A stretch of DNA of 52,467 bases. It comes from a phage. Made by a program: the position numbers and the translations under genes. The stretch lies in sequence record PZ379545.1; one strand, written 5' to 3'. Positions 16,965 through 25,891 of this stretch are shown here, one piece after another. A model generated the notes under the pieces. That model saw only the letters and a program-made list of their open reading frames with translations. It had not been told where the DNA came from and ran no database searches. Positions within the stretch are counted from its first letter, which is position 1. Every line of letters begins with the position of its first letter.

Positions 16965-18728
16965 ATGAACGTCAAGCAATGTGTTGCCAAGATTAAACAC
17001 GATGTACCAGACTGTAAATCCACATCTGGCAAGTCTTTACAGGTTTGGTTGAATGTCGATGAAGCTGGTAATAAGAATTTCTCTGGTTACTGCTTTGCAT
17101 GTGGCGTTCTTGTACCAAATCCTTATGGCAATAATCCGGAGAACATTCCAGAGATTAAAGTCAAAACTCCAGAAGAAATTCAGGAAGAAATTGATGAAGT
17201 CACTGCTTGTCCTCCGTTTGATTTAGACCATCGCAGCATTGAGCCAGAATTTTGGAAAGCTGCTGGTGTCCGACTTCTGTATTCAGAGTATGATGGGAAG
17301 ACTCCAAATGCTCTGGCACATGGCTATACCAAAAATGGTAAACTTGTTCGTTGGAAGATTAAACTCCTGAACAAGAAAGTTATGTGGTCTGTTGGTGATA
17401 CACAAGGCAACGACCCATACAACTGGATGGCTGCAAAAGCAATTGGCGGTAAGACACTGTTCATCACAGAAGGTGAAGAAGATTGTATCGCATTGCGTCA
17501 AATCCTCAAGACTATGAACCGTGGTGGTGCATATGAAGATTTGGATTTTGCTGTAATTAGTTTGAGTGATGGAAGTGATTCCGTACACAAATGTTTGTCA
17601 CCAGTTGCAGAAGAAATTAAGCAACGTTGGGAGCAGGTTGTTATCGTATTTGATGATGATGAACCTGGACGTAAAGCTGCCAAAGAAGCGTGTCGTCTAT
17701 TGCCTGGTGCAATGATTGCAACTCTTCCAGCTAACGATGCCAACGACTGTCTGAAACGTGGCTTACTTAAAGCTACTCAGTCTGCTGTTGTATTCCGTGC
17801 TGCTCGTCCTTTGCCAACTGCACTCGTCAACAAAGAACTTCTTATGGAAGAACTTGATGATGAAGTTGAACAGGGTGTGGATTATCCTTGGACTAAGCTG
17901 ACCGACTTAATGTTTGGTCAACGTCGTGCCGAAGTTATCTCAATCGGTGGTGCAGAAGGTGGTGGTAAAACTACACTGTCTCGTCAGATTGTGCATCACA
18001 ACATTGTTCAGCATGATTGGGGTGTGTTTACTGCATACATGGAGGAAACTCCAGCGGAAACATTACGCCGTATGGCTGGCCTCAATGACAATTTACCATA
18101 TTGGGAACCTGCGTTTACACGCGAAGACCCTCGATATGATGAAGCTAAGTTCCGTCAAACTGCTGCGAAGATGCTTCGTAACATGGAGATTTGGGACCGC
18201 AAGCAAGCTGGAGAAGACCCTTATGAAACTTGGGATGGGTTAAAGACGATTCTTCGTCAGATTGGTCCAGACATTGATATGTTTGTTCTCGATAACTTAA
18301 CCTACTTATCGGAAGGGATTTCTGCGTCAGAGAAGAACGACTTTCTGGGCAAGCTGTATGCAGACATTACAAAGTTAGCAGACCAGTACCAGTTCCACGT
18401 TAATATTCTGTCGCACCTTAACCCTGTGGCAAAAGGTCAGCGACCTCATGAAGATGGTGGACGAATCAAGAAGTCAGACTTTACTGGCTCTCGTGCTGCT
18501 GCTAAATATTCTCATGGCATGTTTGGCTTTGAGCGTAATAGCCAGGCGGTAGACCCAAACTGCTCTATTATTCGTTCCATCAAAGCTCGTAAGAGTGGTA
18601 AAACAGAAGGTTTCAAGACGTACTATGATACCGACTCTGGTCGAATCATTCAACGCTCTTGGGAAGATTCACTGTTCGAAACTAAAGAGATTGTTCAACT
18701 TACTAAGAAGAACGGTCCACACCAATAA
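16965..18728 (+). CDS. Bifunctional DNA primase / replicative helicase (T7 gp4-like)
   Basis: 587 aa; N-terminal Cys cluster (CFACG), Toprim-like acidic motifs, Walker A GAEGGGKTT. Confidence 0.8.
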   Translation: MNVKQCVAKIKHDVPDCKSTSGKSLQVWLNVDEAGNKNFSGYCFACGVLVPNPYGNNPENIPEIKVKTPEEIQEEIDEVTACPPFDLDHRSIEPEFWKAAGVRLLYSEYDGKTPNALAHGYTKNGKLVRWKIKLLNKKVMWSVGDTQGNDPYNWMAAKAIGGKTLFITEGEEDCIALRQILKTMNRGGAYEDLDFAVISLSDGSDSVHKCLSPVAEEIKQRWEQVVIVFDDDEPGRKAAKEACRLLPGAMIATLPANDANDCLKRGLLKATQSAVVFRAARPLPTALVNKELLMEELDDEVEQGVDYPWTKLTDLMFGQRRAEVISIGGAEGGGKTTLSRQIVHHNIVQHDWGVFTAYMEETPAETLRRMAGLNDNLPYWEPAFTREDPRYDEAKFRQTAAKMLRNMEIWDRKQAGEDPYETWDGLKTILRQIGPDIDMFVLDNLTYLSEGISASEKNDFLGKLYADITKLADQYQFHVNILSHLNPVAKGQRPHEDGGRIKKSDFTGSRAAAKYSHGMFGFERNSQAVDPNCSIIRSIKARKSGKTEGFKTYYDTDSGRIIQRSWEDSLFETKEIVQLTKKNGPHQ

Positions 18729-18793
18729 CAGAGCTGCTGCGCTGCATGGTTCGCCCACCAGCGTAGCCCTCACCTATCCATTGGAGCCATACT

Positions 18794-20728
18794 GTGTTGT
18801 ATCCTTGGGAAAATATGTATGCCAGTGACATTGAAACAACTGGTCTGTTGGAGCAGATGGGGAAACAGGCTGCACCACGTCTTCACAACATTGGATACAT
18901 TGATGTTCAAACTCGTGAAGAAACTGTAATTGAGTGGACGAAACGAAAATCCATTCAGGACTTTCTGGACACAGGTCCAACACTAATCATGCACAACGGC
19001 GCAACCTTTGACTTTGAAGCACTGAAGTTCCTTGGTTACGACGTTTCAAAATGTACCCTTATTGATACCTTATTTATTAGTTGGTATCTCCAACCTCGTC
19101 GTGTTAAGCACGGCCTTGAAGGTTATGGTGAAGAGTTTGGTGTGCCGAAACCAGTCATTGATGATTGGGAAAACCAAACGCAAGAAGAGTACAACCATCG
19201 CGTACTGGAAGACTGCAAGATTCAGCACAAATTGTGGGAACAGCAATATATCCAGTTACTCAAGATTTATAAGACTCCATCTGAAGTTAGACGCTTCGTT
19301 GAATACTTGATGACGAAAGCTCGCCAGCAGGTTATCCAACAACGTACTCGTTGGAAGTTGAACATTGAGAAGGCATTGGCATTTAAAGCCAAGCTGGAGC
19401 CAATGATTAAAGAGAAGACGGACGCATTGGAAGCATCAATGCCACGTATTCCAGAATATGTAATCAAAACTCGTCCAGCTAAATGCCACAAGCTGAACGG
19501 ACAACTGTCTGCCACTGGCCTTAAGTGGAAAGCTGTTTGTGATGCAAATGGTTTAGACTGGAAAGACCCAGACTTGGCTATCAAAGTCTTGAAGGGTTAT
19601 AAGGAACCTAATGCTGGTTCTCATGTACAGATTAAAGATTGGTTGTTCAGCCTAGGTTGGGAACCAGAAACATTTAAGTTTGACCGCAATAAGGAAACAG
19701 GTGAAACTCGCCAGATTCCTCAAATCACTGTGAAGGATGAAGATGGCAATCCTGAAATATGTCCGAGCTTGCATAAGCTGGCAGAAAGAAACCCCGAATC
19801 TGGTATTCAACATCTTATTGGGTTGGGCGTGTATAAACACCGTCTCTCTGTTGTTAATGGTTTCCTTCGCGACGTCGATGAAGACGGATACCTTACTGCA
19901 CGATGTGGTGGCCTTACCAATACTTTACGCCTTAAACACCGCGAACTTGTTAACCTCCCTTCTATTCGTGTATTTGGCGGTGAAGAACTGCGTTCATTGT
20001 TGGAAGCGTTTCGCGAAGACTACGAACAGTTAGGTTCTGACTTGTGTTCTTTGGAAGACCGCTGTAAGCACCACTTCCAATGGATGTATGACCCTGAGTA
20101 TGTTAAGAAGCAGTTGGCACCAGATTATGATGCTCACCTTGCAATTGGCGTAATCGGTGGATTTATTACAGAGAAAGAATCTCAGGACCACAAAGACGGC
20201 ATACAGAAATGTAAGCAACGTCCAATGTTTAAGACCACAAACTATGCTTGTCAGTATGGTGCTGGTATTCCTACAGTTGCTCGTTCTGCTGACTGTGACC
20301 AGGCTACTGCTGCACGACTGCATAAAGCATATTGGGACTTGAACTGGTCTATTAAAGAAATTGCTGCTAACACTAAAGTTATCACAGTTGATGGTCAGAT
20401 GTGGCAACAGAATCCAGTAAACAAATTCTGGTATTCGTTGCGTACAGAGAAAGACCGCTTCTCCACATTGTGTCAGGGTACTGGTGCATATGTGTTTGAT
20501 ATTTGGTGTAACAACATTATTGCAATTTGCAACGAACGTTGGGGCTGTGACCCGCTTCTGTCTGGACAATTCCATGATGAATTGATTCTCCAAGTTAAGA
20601 AAGGTTTCCGTGATTTGTGGACGGACTTGCTTAATGAGGCAATGGACCGAACCAACAAAGAACTTAAACTTAACCGTGATTGTGCATGTGATGTGCAGTT
20701 CGGTGATAACTATGCGGAGATTCACTAA
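18794..20728 (+). CDS. Family A DNA polymerase with 3'-5' exonuclease domain
   Basis: Exo I-like MYASDIETTGL near N-terminus; motif B-like RPMFKTTNYACQYGAG. GTG start at 18794 has TTGGAG upstream; ATG at 18815 is an alternative. Confidence 0.85.
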   Translation: MLYPWENMYASDIETTGLLEQMGKQAAPRLHNIGYIDVQTREETVIEWTKRKSIQDFLDTGPTLIMHNGATFDFEALKFLGYDVSKCTLIDTLFISWYLQPRRVKHGLEGYGEEFGVPKPVIDDWENQTQEEYNHRVLEDCKIQHKLWEQQYIQLLKIYKTPSEVRRFVEYLMTKARQQVIQQRTRWKLNIEKALAFKAKLEPMIKEKTDALEASMPRIPEYVIKTRPAKCHKLNGQLSATGLKWKAVCDANGLDWKDPDLAIKVLKGYKEPNAGSHVQIKDWLFSLGWEPETFKFDRNKETGETRQIPQITVKDEDGNPEICPSLHKLAERNPESGIQHLIGLGVYKHRLSVVNGFLRDVDEDGYLTARCGGLTNTLRLKHRELVNLPSIRVFGGEELRSLLEAFREDYEQLGSDLCSLEDRCKHHFQWMYDPEYVKKQLAPDYDAHLAIGVIGGFITEKESQDHKDGIQKCKQRPMFKTTNYACQYGAGIPTVARSADCDQATAARLHKAYWDLNWSIKEIAANTKVITVDGQMWQQNPVNKFWYSLRTEKDRFSTLCQGTGAYVFDIWCNNIIAICNERWGCDPLLSGQFHDELILQVKKGFRDLWTDLLNEAMDRTNKELKLNRDCACDVQFGDNYAEIH

Positions 20729-20973
20729 TGCGTGTTCTAGCCTTGTACGACAAACAACAGATGGAACTCTATCAAGCGGCTGGAGATATTCCGGCCACAG
20801 AACTGGCGGTGTCTGCAATTGAGATGCACGCCTCGGCATTATTTGGAAGTGATTATCAGGGCGATATTACCTATGAAGGTGCCCTGAAAGCACTAAAGGA
20901 ATCGAAAGATTTCGCAGTAACACAATCTATCCTGTCCGACCTGGACATTGACTCTAACATTATTGAAATTTAA
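20728..20973 (+). CDS. Hypothetical protein
   Basis: 81-aa ORF with TAATG overlap to the polymerase. Confidence 0.55.
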   Translation: MRVLALYDKQQMELYQAAGDIPATELAVSAIEMHASALFGSDYQGDITYEGALKALKESKDFAVTQSILSDLDIDSNIIEI

Positions 20974-20984
20974 AGGTACTCAAA

Positions 20985-21851
20985 ATGGCATTTGCTGCTC
21001 CTACCCTGGCCTCGAACAAGACTCCTTCTGCTGCACCATTACTGGAAGCGGGTGGTTATCCTGCTCGTGTTTGCCGTATTATCGACCTGGGCTTACAGCC
21101 TGGTTCTGCTAAATATCCTACTCCATCTCTGAAACTTCTGGTGACTTTCGAACTGCTCGACGAGTACATGAAGGAAGTTGATGGTGAAGGCAAAATGGTC
21201 ATGGTTCAAGACCCTGACGAAGATGACGGCATCATGATGGCGAAGAATCTTGAAGACAAGCCACGTTGGTTTGACTTTGAGTTTACCTATAATGCTGACG
21301 GCTTCATGGGTGACAATTCGCACATCTACAAATTCGCTAAGGCGATTGATGCACTGGAAGTTAAACCTAACCTGGAACAAGCTATTCAAGGCCATCCGGC
21401 TAAGAACCTTCCAGATTGGTTGGGCGAACCCCTGGTTGTTGGCATTGTTCAATACACCAAGCAGTCCGGCAAGAATGCTGGCCAGGTTGCGAACAAAGTT
21501 GCTACCTTCTCTCCGATGAAGTCTAAAGAGAAGAAAGAAGCTAAAGCTCTGGTTAACCCGACCGTCTTCTTTGACATGTCTGAACCAGACCTGGAAGTAT
21601 TCAACAAGCTGCCTGGTGGCGAATCTCCGTATGCAATCAAGAACCGTATTACTTCCGGTGTTGATTTCTACAAGACCAAGCTGTCTGCACTGTTAGGCGG
21701 TAAGCCTGCTGATGCTGGTGCAGTACCGAATCAGGCTTCTGATGAAGAAGTCGATGCAGCTATGAAAGCTGAACTGGAAGCACAGGCTGCTGCGAAAGCA
21801 CAGCGTGAAGCTGAGGGTGGTGCTGCTGGCGGTACAGGTATGCCGTTCTAA
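20985..21851 (+). CDS. Hypothetical abundant protein, possibly ssDNA-binding or recombination-associated
   Basis: 288 aa with strongly biased codon usage, Ala/Gly-rich acidic C-terminal region ending MPF; followed by a strong terminator. Function is a guess from position. Confidence 0.6.
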   Translation: MAFAAPTLASNKTPSAAPLLEAGGYPARVCRIIDLGLQPGSAKYPTPSLKLLVTFELLDEYMKEVDGEGKMVMVQDPDEDDGIMMAKNLEDKPRWFDFEFTYNADGFMGDNSHIYKFAKAIDALEVKPNLEQAIQGHPAKNLPDWLGEPLVVGIVQYTKQSGKNAGQVANKVATFSPMKSKEKKEAKALVNPTVFFDMSEPDLEVFNKLPGGESPYAIKNRITSGVDFYKTKLSALLGGKPADAGAVPNQASDEEVDAAMKAELEAQAAAKAQREAEGGAAGGTGMPF

Positions 21852-21865
21852 TTGTTGAACAATAT

Positions 21866-21890
21866 GGCTCCTTCGGGAGCCTTTAATTTT
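21866..21890 (+). terminator. Rho-independent terminator (GGCUCC-UUCG-GGAGCC plus U-rich tract)
   Basis: Perfect 6-bp stem, UUCG tetraloop, followed by TTTAATTTT. Confidence 0.7.
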
Positions 21891-21903
21891 GGAGCTTACC
21901 AAA

Positions 21904-22926
21904 GTGAGTAAGAAACGAGTATTGTTGCTGGTTGACGGCGACATGGTTGCATTCAGTCACTGTGCTGCTGAAGAATACGGCAAAGATGCAGAAGATATTA
22001 ACTTTGCTAAGATTCAAATGTCAATGGATTCCAAGATGGAATTCCTTGCAAAACGTGCAGGAGCTACAGAAGTAATTACCTGCATTTCACCATCCAAAAC
22101 ATTGCGTAACGTTCTTGCCGAAGATTATAAAGGCAACCGTGATAATGTTTGGCGACCAGAGAACTTGAAGAATGCGAAAGCACATCTCATGGTTGCTTGG
22201 AATGGTGTGTGGATGAAAGGTCTGGAAGCAGATGACCTTCTCGCAGTATTCGCTCGTCATGAATATGAAATGACAATGGGTAAACGTAATGAGATTAAGA
22301 GCCTCACTCGTATTGGTCCGTGCACATATGATGAAGTCTGGATTGCATCGTTGGACAAAGACTTGCGCCAAATCGGGCAGAACGGTGGTGTTGGTCCAGT
22401 AATCAAACATTACCAATGGGAACGTGAAACCCAGGGTATTGGTGAGAAAATTGTAATCCCTAAAGATTATGGTGAACTCAAATTAATCATCAAGGATAAT
22501 GGCAAAACGAAGAAGAAAGAAGTTAAAGGCAATGGCCCTAAATTCTTCCTGCATCAATTGCTTATTGGCGACTCAACGGATAACGTTATGGGTTGCGGAG
22601 TTCTTGAAGAAAAGATTTACAAAACTGGTGCCAAAGCCGGAGAAACTTATTTCCGTCGTGATGGCGTTGGTGCAGTTGCTTCATTCGAGATGCTGGATGG
22701 TACAACCTCCTATGCAGAAGGTTTGAAGAAAGTTATTGGTGCATTTATTGTGCGCTTCGGGGATGGTTGGGAACAAGAACTGCTCAAAGTGGGTCGTCTT
22801 GTCTACATGCACCATCAAGTTGAAAAGGGAAATTGTGTTCGCTTGTGGCATTACAAGAACATCAACGAATACTTTGACCTTAAAGAGAATCGTATCCTCA
22901 CTCAAGAAGAGTACCTCCAGAAATAA
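21904..22926 (+). CDS. 5'-3' exonuclease / flap endonuclease (FEN family)
   Basis: N-terminal VLLLVDGDMVAF resembles the FEN/PIN acidic motif. GTG 21904 after GGAG; track start is TTG 21889. Confidence 0.7.
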   Translation: MSKKRVLLLVDGDMVAFSHCAAEEYGKDAEDINFAKIQMSMDSKMEFLAKRAGATEVITCISPSKTLRNVLAEDYKGNRDNVWRPENLKNAKAHLMVAWNGVWMKGLEADDLLAVFARHEYEMTMGKRNEIKSLTRIGPCTYDEVWIASLDKDLRQIGQNGGVGPVIKHYQWERETQGIGEKIVIPKDYGELKLIIKDNGKTKKKEVKGNGPKFFLHQLLIGDSTDNVMGCGVLEEKIYKTGAKAGETYFRRDGVGAVASFEMLDGTTSYAEGLKKVIGAFIVRFGDGWEQELLKVGRLVYMHHQVEKGNCVRLWHYKNINEYFDLKENRILTQEEYLQK

Positions 22927-22937
22927 TTGGAGTTGGA

Positions 22938-23462
22938 ATGGCTTACGGTTATTGTGGAACGGAAGCCAAGTTTGTATCTTGGCTCCAATCTGCTATTCGA
23001 AGTGTTTGGTCTAAACACCCAAGCAAACTTGCGCTTATACAATCACGTCGCATTGCATTGAAGGTAGGTGACTCAAAGAAACCAATCTTCCACATTCAAT
23101 GCTACCATTGCAAGAAGTTGTATAAGCTCAAAGAGATTGAAGTAAACCACAAAGTTCAAGTTGGTGGCCTCCTTAAGTTGGAGGATTTACACCGCTTTGT
23201 GGACAACTTACTACTGGTTCAGCCAGAAGATTTGGAATTGCTGTGTAAAGATTGTCACGGCATTATTACATATATGGAACGATATGGTGTATCACGACGT
23301 GATGCAGTCATTGAGAAGAAGTGTATTGCATTTGCCAAACTAACTGACGAAGAGCAAATTGCCAAGTGCAATCTTGCCAAGATAGAGCCAGTTCCTAAAA
23401 CCAAAATCGGACGCAAGAATGCTGTTCGAGAATACCTGAGAAAGAATCTTAATGTCTATTAA
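22938..23462 (+). CDS. HNH endonuclease
   Basis: CYHCKK ... EVNHKV ... CKDCHG forms an HNH zinc-finger nuclease motif; 174 aa. Confidence 0.7.
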   Translation: MAYGYCGTEAKFVSWLQSAIRSVWSKHPSKLALIQSRRIALKVGDSKKPIFHIQCYHCKKLYKLKEIEVNHKVQVGGLLKLEDLHRFVDNLLLVQPEDLELLCKDCHGIITYMERYGVSRRDAVIEKKCIAFAKLTDEEQIAKCNLAKIEPVPKTKIGRKNAVREYLRKNLNVY

Positions 23463-24207
23463 GCTCCTCGATGATGGTACACGCTACACAAAGGCCCACG
23501 CACATGATTGGGAAGACCCAGACTGTCTTATTCGTGGTCGATGTGAACTGTACATCAAAATTGACGGCATACGAGCGATTCGTAATGCTTCTGGTGAGGT
23601 ATGGAGCCGCAACTCTAAACCTCTCCCTCACTGCGACCATCTCGAATTTAAAGATGCAGAAATCTTTCGCGGTTCCTGGAACGAGACTTCATCTATCCTT
23701 GGGCGTATCGACCCTCCGACCGTACCGTTATCGCAAGAAAACGTTTACGAGTTGAGTGATGGTGCTGTTGACCCACGCCTGTACATCGGCTGGTGCAAAG
23801 ACCCAAGCAATGAAAACCTTAAGGCATTGATGGATAAATATCTGGCGCTTGGTCATGAAGGTATTATTGTCCGTGATGCAAAAGGTAAGTGGTGGAAGAT
23901 TGTACCATACAAATACGCCGATGTGAAGATTACCGGTATGAAAGAAGGTACTGGTGCTCTTAAAGGTATGTGTGGCTCCATTTCCTCAAACTACGGCAGT
24001 GCTGGTTCAATGGTGAAAGATTGTCTGGCAGACCACGGTATTCCAGAATCTAACACATTGATTCGTAAGTGGTTGTGGGAACATCGTCACGAGCTAGTTG
24101 GTTCGATTATGCAAGTGCGTTATCGTGAGAAAACAGAAGCTGGTAAGTTCCGGTTCCCGTCACTCGTCCGTTTACGTGCAGACAAGAGCGAGGAAAGTTT
24201 TGACTAA
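23452..24207 (+). CDS. ATP-dependent DNA ligase, minimal (251 aa)
   Basis: Motif I KIDGIR, motif IV-like EGIIVRD, motif V-like KWWKIV; starts 11 nt before the HNH stop. Confidence 0.7.
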   Translation: MSIKLLDDGTRYTKAHAHDWEDPDCLIRGRCELYIKIDGIRAIRNASGEVWSRNSKPLPHCDHLEFKDAEIFRGSWNETSSILGRIDPPTVPLSQENVYELSDGAVDPRLYIGWCKDPSNENLKALMDKYLALGHEGIIVRDAKGKWWKIVPYKYADVKITGMKEGTGALKGMCGSISSNYGSAGSMVKDCLADHGIPESNTLIRKWLWEHRHELVGSIMQVRYREKTEAGKFRFPSLVRLRADKSEESFD

Positions 24208-24832
24208 TCTTGCCGTAATTCTAAATGGCCCACCTGGTTGCGGGAAAGACACCATAGCCAACTTAATTGTAGAACGGTGCAACTCTCTCAATCCAGTCAT
24301 CAAACATCAATTTAAGGATGCGCTGTATGAGCACACTGCTAAACATTATCAAGTTGACTTGGATAAGTTTATCCATTTCGCCAGTGACCGCGAGCTTAAA
24401 GACTCCGTGTCGTTGGCTGGGCTGCACGGGAAAACCCCGCGTCAGGCACTCATTCATGTTAGCGAAGACATATACAAGCCTCGCTACGGCAATGATTACT
24501 TTGGCTCGGTTGAGGCTAATCGTATCCGCGAACTTAAGGGGCGTGTACGTGGCCCTATTAATGTCATTTATCCCGATGGTGGCTTTGGAGATGAAGTTCT
24601 CGCAATTGAGTCTGAGTTTGATTGTGTACTCATTGTGCGCCTTCATCGTGATGGTTATGATTTCACGGGCGATTCTCGTAATTACCTCAACCTGCCAAAC
24701 ACTAAAACACGTTGGTCAGTTGACGAACACCTTTTAAATAACAAAATCTTTGATGGAGTCTGGAAAGTTGAAAACTGGATGGACCGAATCAAATGGAGCA
24801 TCGAAAATGAGTTGCATCACCCAAGTTGTTAA
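24200..24832 (+). CDS. P-loop nucleotide kinase, dNMP kinase-like
   Basis: Walker A GPPGCGKDT near N-terminus. Proposed TTG start at 24200 with GAGGAAAG RBS; the track ORF extends to 24098 and would overlap the ligase. Confidence 0.6.
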   Translation: MTNLAVILNGPPGCGKDTIANLIVERCNSLNPVIKHQFKDALYEHTAKHYQVDLDKFIHFASDRELKDSVSLAGLHGKTPRQALIHVSEDIYKPRYGNDYFGSVEANRIRELKGRVRGPINVIYPDGGFGDEVLAIESEFDCVLIVRLHRDGYDFTGDSRNYLNLPNTKTRWSVDEHLLNNKIFDGVWKVENWMDRIKWSIENELHHPSC

Positions 24833-25259
24833 AGTCAAGCGAGTACATCCTAATGCGAAATTACCTGTATATGCTACCACTGGTGCCGCTGCTGCTGATG
24901 TTTGTACAGTATCCGATAGCACTGTTGTTATCAATCCCGGCTGCTCTGTTGCTTTCGATACTGGCCTCCAGTTCGAAGTACCAGTTGGATACGAACTCAA
25001 AGTACATAGCCGTTCTGGTCATGGTTTTAAGTCTGGCATTCGCCTCGCTAACTGCACAGGAATTCTGGATTCCGACTATCGCGGTAATCTTATGGTTAAG
25101 CTCCATAACGACTCCGATACAGCCTTTGTGGTTCAACCAGGCGAACGAATCTGTCAAGTCCAAGTTAGTAAAGCTACTCAACACCATTTCGTTGAAGCTG
25201 TAGAACTTGATGCCACAGAGCGTGGAACTTCTGGTTTCGGCTCTACTGGTCGAGTTTAG
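24807..25259 (+). CDS. dut: dUTP diphosphatase (dUTPase)
   Basis: Motifs RSGHGFKSGIRLANCTGILDSDYRGNLMV and C-terminal GFGSTGR; ATG 24807 gives an E. coli Dut-sized product (150 aa). Confidence 0.85.
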   Translation: MSCITQVVKVKRVHPNAKLPVYATTGAAAADVCTVSDSTVVINPGCSVAFDTGLQFEVPVGYELKVHSRSGHGFKSGIRLANCTGILDSDYRGNLMVKLHNDSDTAFVVQPGERICQVQVSKATQHHFVEAVELDATERGTSGFGSTGRV

Positions 25260-25303
25260 TAGATTGTGGAGAAACCACTCTAACTTATTGGAACCTAATT
25301 GAA

Positions 25304-25633
25304 ATGAAACTGTCCTCTCCTGTTGTAACAAATAACCGTAAAGTTAAATTTGCTTATTTGAAATCTACTGTCACCTCAACTGGTGGCGGTACTTATCTCA
25401 CTCGTGCCCTTGCAACCCGCAATGCCACTGGTGCAGATGTAATTGTTTTCATGCTTCCTCGTGGTGAAAACACAATCAAGAACGTCGAACGTATTAAGCG
25501 TGGGCGCGAAGATTTAATGTCGGCTGTGAAGCCGCTAATTCTACCATTTAAGATTGTGGTAGTGGTTGGGTCAACCCAAGCGTATCTCGAAGATTTCTAC
25601 AAAGATATGAATTGGAGTGATATTAAATATTAG
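25304..25633 (+). CDS. Hypothetical protein, possible small terminase subunit by position
   Basis: 109-aa ORF just upstream of the large terminase; no motif recognised. Confidence 0.5.
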   Translation: MKLSSPVVTNNRKVKFAYLKSTVTSTGGGTYLTRALATRNATGADVIVFMLPRGENTIKNVERIKRGREDLMSAVKPLILPFKIVVVVGSTQAYLEDFYKDMNWSDIKY

Positions 25634-25686
25634 TGTCCACTTATGTCGAGGGTCTATCCGGCCCTCTATCTAATTGGAATTACACT

Positions 25687-25872
25687 ATGCAAACAATATC
25701 ATGCCCACAATGCGGTCACTCAATAGCAGAGGACGACTTCATTACTCAACAGTGTCCGGTATGCGACAGCTATATGCGGTTGTCGCGTCTTGACACCAAG
25801 GCTCACCCAGACCTTGGGAAAATCATTCGCATCAATCCTGTGCAAACTTCAACATTAGTAGAACGGGATTAA
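25687..25872 (+). CDS. Small zinc-ribbon protein
   Basis: CPQCG ... CPVCD double CxxC; ATG 25687, or GTG 25633 if longer. Confidence 0.45.
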   Translation: MQTISCPQCGHSIAEDDFITQQCPVCDSYMRLSRLDTKAHPDLGKIIRINPVQTSTLVERD

Positions 25873-25891
25873 AAACAAAGAGAACGAATCA

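Noticed and set aside
20030-20839. 269-aa minus-strand ORF antisense to the DNA polymerase 3' end
   Set aside because: Antisense shadow ORF; the + strand gene has clear polymerase motifs.
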